From: Hormiphora californensis
Lineage: Eukaryota; Animalia; Ctenophora
Length of the DNA stretch: 64,000 nucleotides
Direction of reading: 5' to 3'
NCBI GenBank assembly: GCA_020137815.1
Contig: CM035352.1
Location: forward strand, 6,758,001 to 6,822,000
Positions 62,283 to 64,000 of the stretch are shown here, piece after piece. The position numbers and the translations under genes are program-made. The notes below the pieces were generated by a model that saw nothing but the letters and a program-made list of their open reading frames with translations, made no database searches and was not told the DNA's origin. Each line of letters begins with the position of its first letter. The first letter of the stretch is position 1.

Positions 62283-63700
62283 ATGGAATCCCTGCGTTCT
62301 GCGTTTAACAGTGGTCCTGAAGATGAAGGTCTCCTCGGTGCGGTGAGTATGATGTATTACATTTACAGCTTATTGTTGCAGCTTGTTTTATCTCTCTCGC
62401 CCTGTTTTACTGTTTTTCTGTGTGCTATTATAATACCTATGACACACAATATTTTACTTACTATGGGTACTACATCCCCTCTTCTTTCTCTTCTCTTGCC
62501 CACGTACACTAAACAATATCTGGCACTTAAAGCATAGGATGGAGTCAATAAGATCAGCATTTAGATCTGGAAATGGTGGTGACGATGACGAATCCCTGAT
62601 CGGGGTAATAACAGACTCACACATTGCTAGCTGCTGACATTAGTGCTGCATGATTAGATGTGATATTACACAACAGACACTTCTTACAAGATTATATCAT
62701 GCTATACCATCCACCTATAATACAGTTACACATAGTGTGTTACAGGTGTGTAACACACAGTTACACAGTTACACAGTTAACCCTTATTATTTCAGATGGA
62801 TAATCACTGTAACATGAGTTGGGAGAATCGACTGTACGCTTTTGGAGCCTGTTTCGTAATTGGCTGCTTCCTATCCGTCTTTGTAAGTGAGATCTAATCG
62901 AAACGAGATGTTTTGTTCACTTAAGTTAGATCTATCGATCTGGGAAGTTTCACACATACACTCACAGTTTGGGTACAATGTGTCCCCCTTTTCTCTCCCC
63001 CCCCCCTGTACTGACTACTGTACTGTCTCGCGCGACGTATTTCCCGGTGCACCGTTCTCAAACACACAGTATAGTAATACCTGGAACGAAAACACGGAAG
63101 TACCATACTACTGGAGTGTAAATGCTGCTGTAGTCCTATTGACTATACTAGTGTAATTCATGTACCACAGTGTGTATCACCAACGCCACGCCTTCACAAT
63201 ACTCAGAGACTAGATGTGTTCCAAATTAACGACTCTTACCTATGTTCACAACCATTTCCCCACTACTTTTCTAGAAAGTTCCATTATTCACTTAGATCAC
63301 TTCCCCTCTAATTCCCACTAATCCCAATGTAATCACAGGGAACGATAGAGATATGGTTGGGCAAGTACTCCTCCTTCGCTGTACTCTACACCCTTGGAAC
63401 ACTCGTAGCTTTAGCAGGGTAATACACAATTCAATACACATACTTGTTTACATTAGGATTGTGATTCCTAGTTCCAATAGATTTAAAAATTAGTTTTCTT
63501 GGAAATTTCTTCTGTAATTCCTCGAAATGCTTCTCTGGGTCCGGGCAAGTCTTGAACTAAATCTAACCGTATAATCCTCCAGGACCTGTTTTCTGCGAGG
63601 ACCAATGAGCCAAATCAAGAAGATGTTCGACAAAGATCGGCTAATTGCTTCAATTGTCCTAATTGCCTCCATCATCCTGACCATCATTTGTGGAGCTGTG
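62283..63700 (+). CDS. SFT2D2: Vesicle transport protein SFT2D1/SFT2D2 (Got1/Sft2 family), 3'-partial
   Basis: Exons 62283-62342 (or 62539-62604), 62796-62882 (MSWENRLYAFGACFVIG), 63339-63418 (FAVLYTLG) and 63583-63700 (TCFLRGPMSQIKKMFDKDRLIA); phases are consistent. Confidence 0.92.
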
Positions 63701-64000
63701 GTGAGAGATATTTGTCTGTTTGTTTGTCTGTTTGTCTCAATTCTATATCTCGATCCAATTCTATCTCTATATCTCGTCCTATCTTTCATTCTCTTTGATG
63801 TTTCCCTGCCCCACACACACACACACGTGCACACTTATTCTTTGATCTTTAAAGTACCTTCCAAAACATCAAACATGAAGGTATAATGATACCGCTAACC
63901 GTGTGTAGCATAGTGACAACATGTAACCCCCCGGCCCCCGTATTTTTATCTCGCTGATTATATGTAAAGGTCGCCCCAAGTAAACTAATCTTCCTGATTT

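Overview
This is animal genomic DNA with GT-AG introns, dense (GA)n tracts and many MITEs. It has one 100-N gap and indel-rich low-quality patches at about 20-38 kb, 53-54 kb and 57.7-58.4 kb. The repeat landscape recalls a cydippid ctenophore such as Pleurobrachia (from recall, unverified). From left to right: (1) an internally deleted Ty3/Gypsy retrotransposon with a 123-bp 3' LTR, abutting a 38-bp G-rich minisatellite in an intron; (2) a minus-strand Cys-rich extracellular gene with a duplicated, frame-incompatible exon; (3) a nested MITE field and a LINE relic; (4) an RERE/Atrophin-2 orthologue (BAH-ELM2-SANT-GATA plus polyQ); (5) a 2183-aa single-ORF protein with about 33 zinc fingers; (6) a ZDHHC1/11-type palmitoyltransferase, only partly captured by the ORF track; (7) a coiled-coil gene with a perfect RFX X-box and a Forkhead-site array; (8) an apparently intronless NPHP3 with a degenerate P-loop; (9) a self-nesting AAGT...ACTT MITE cluster; (10) SFT2D1/2 with two paralogous alternative first exons. 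The most notable items are the two separate duplicated, mutually exclusive exon pairs, the AAGT/TA MITE family, the candidate ciliary locus, and AG acceptors just before almost every start codon (possible SL trans-splicing). All homologies are from memory, with no searches run.
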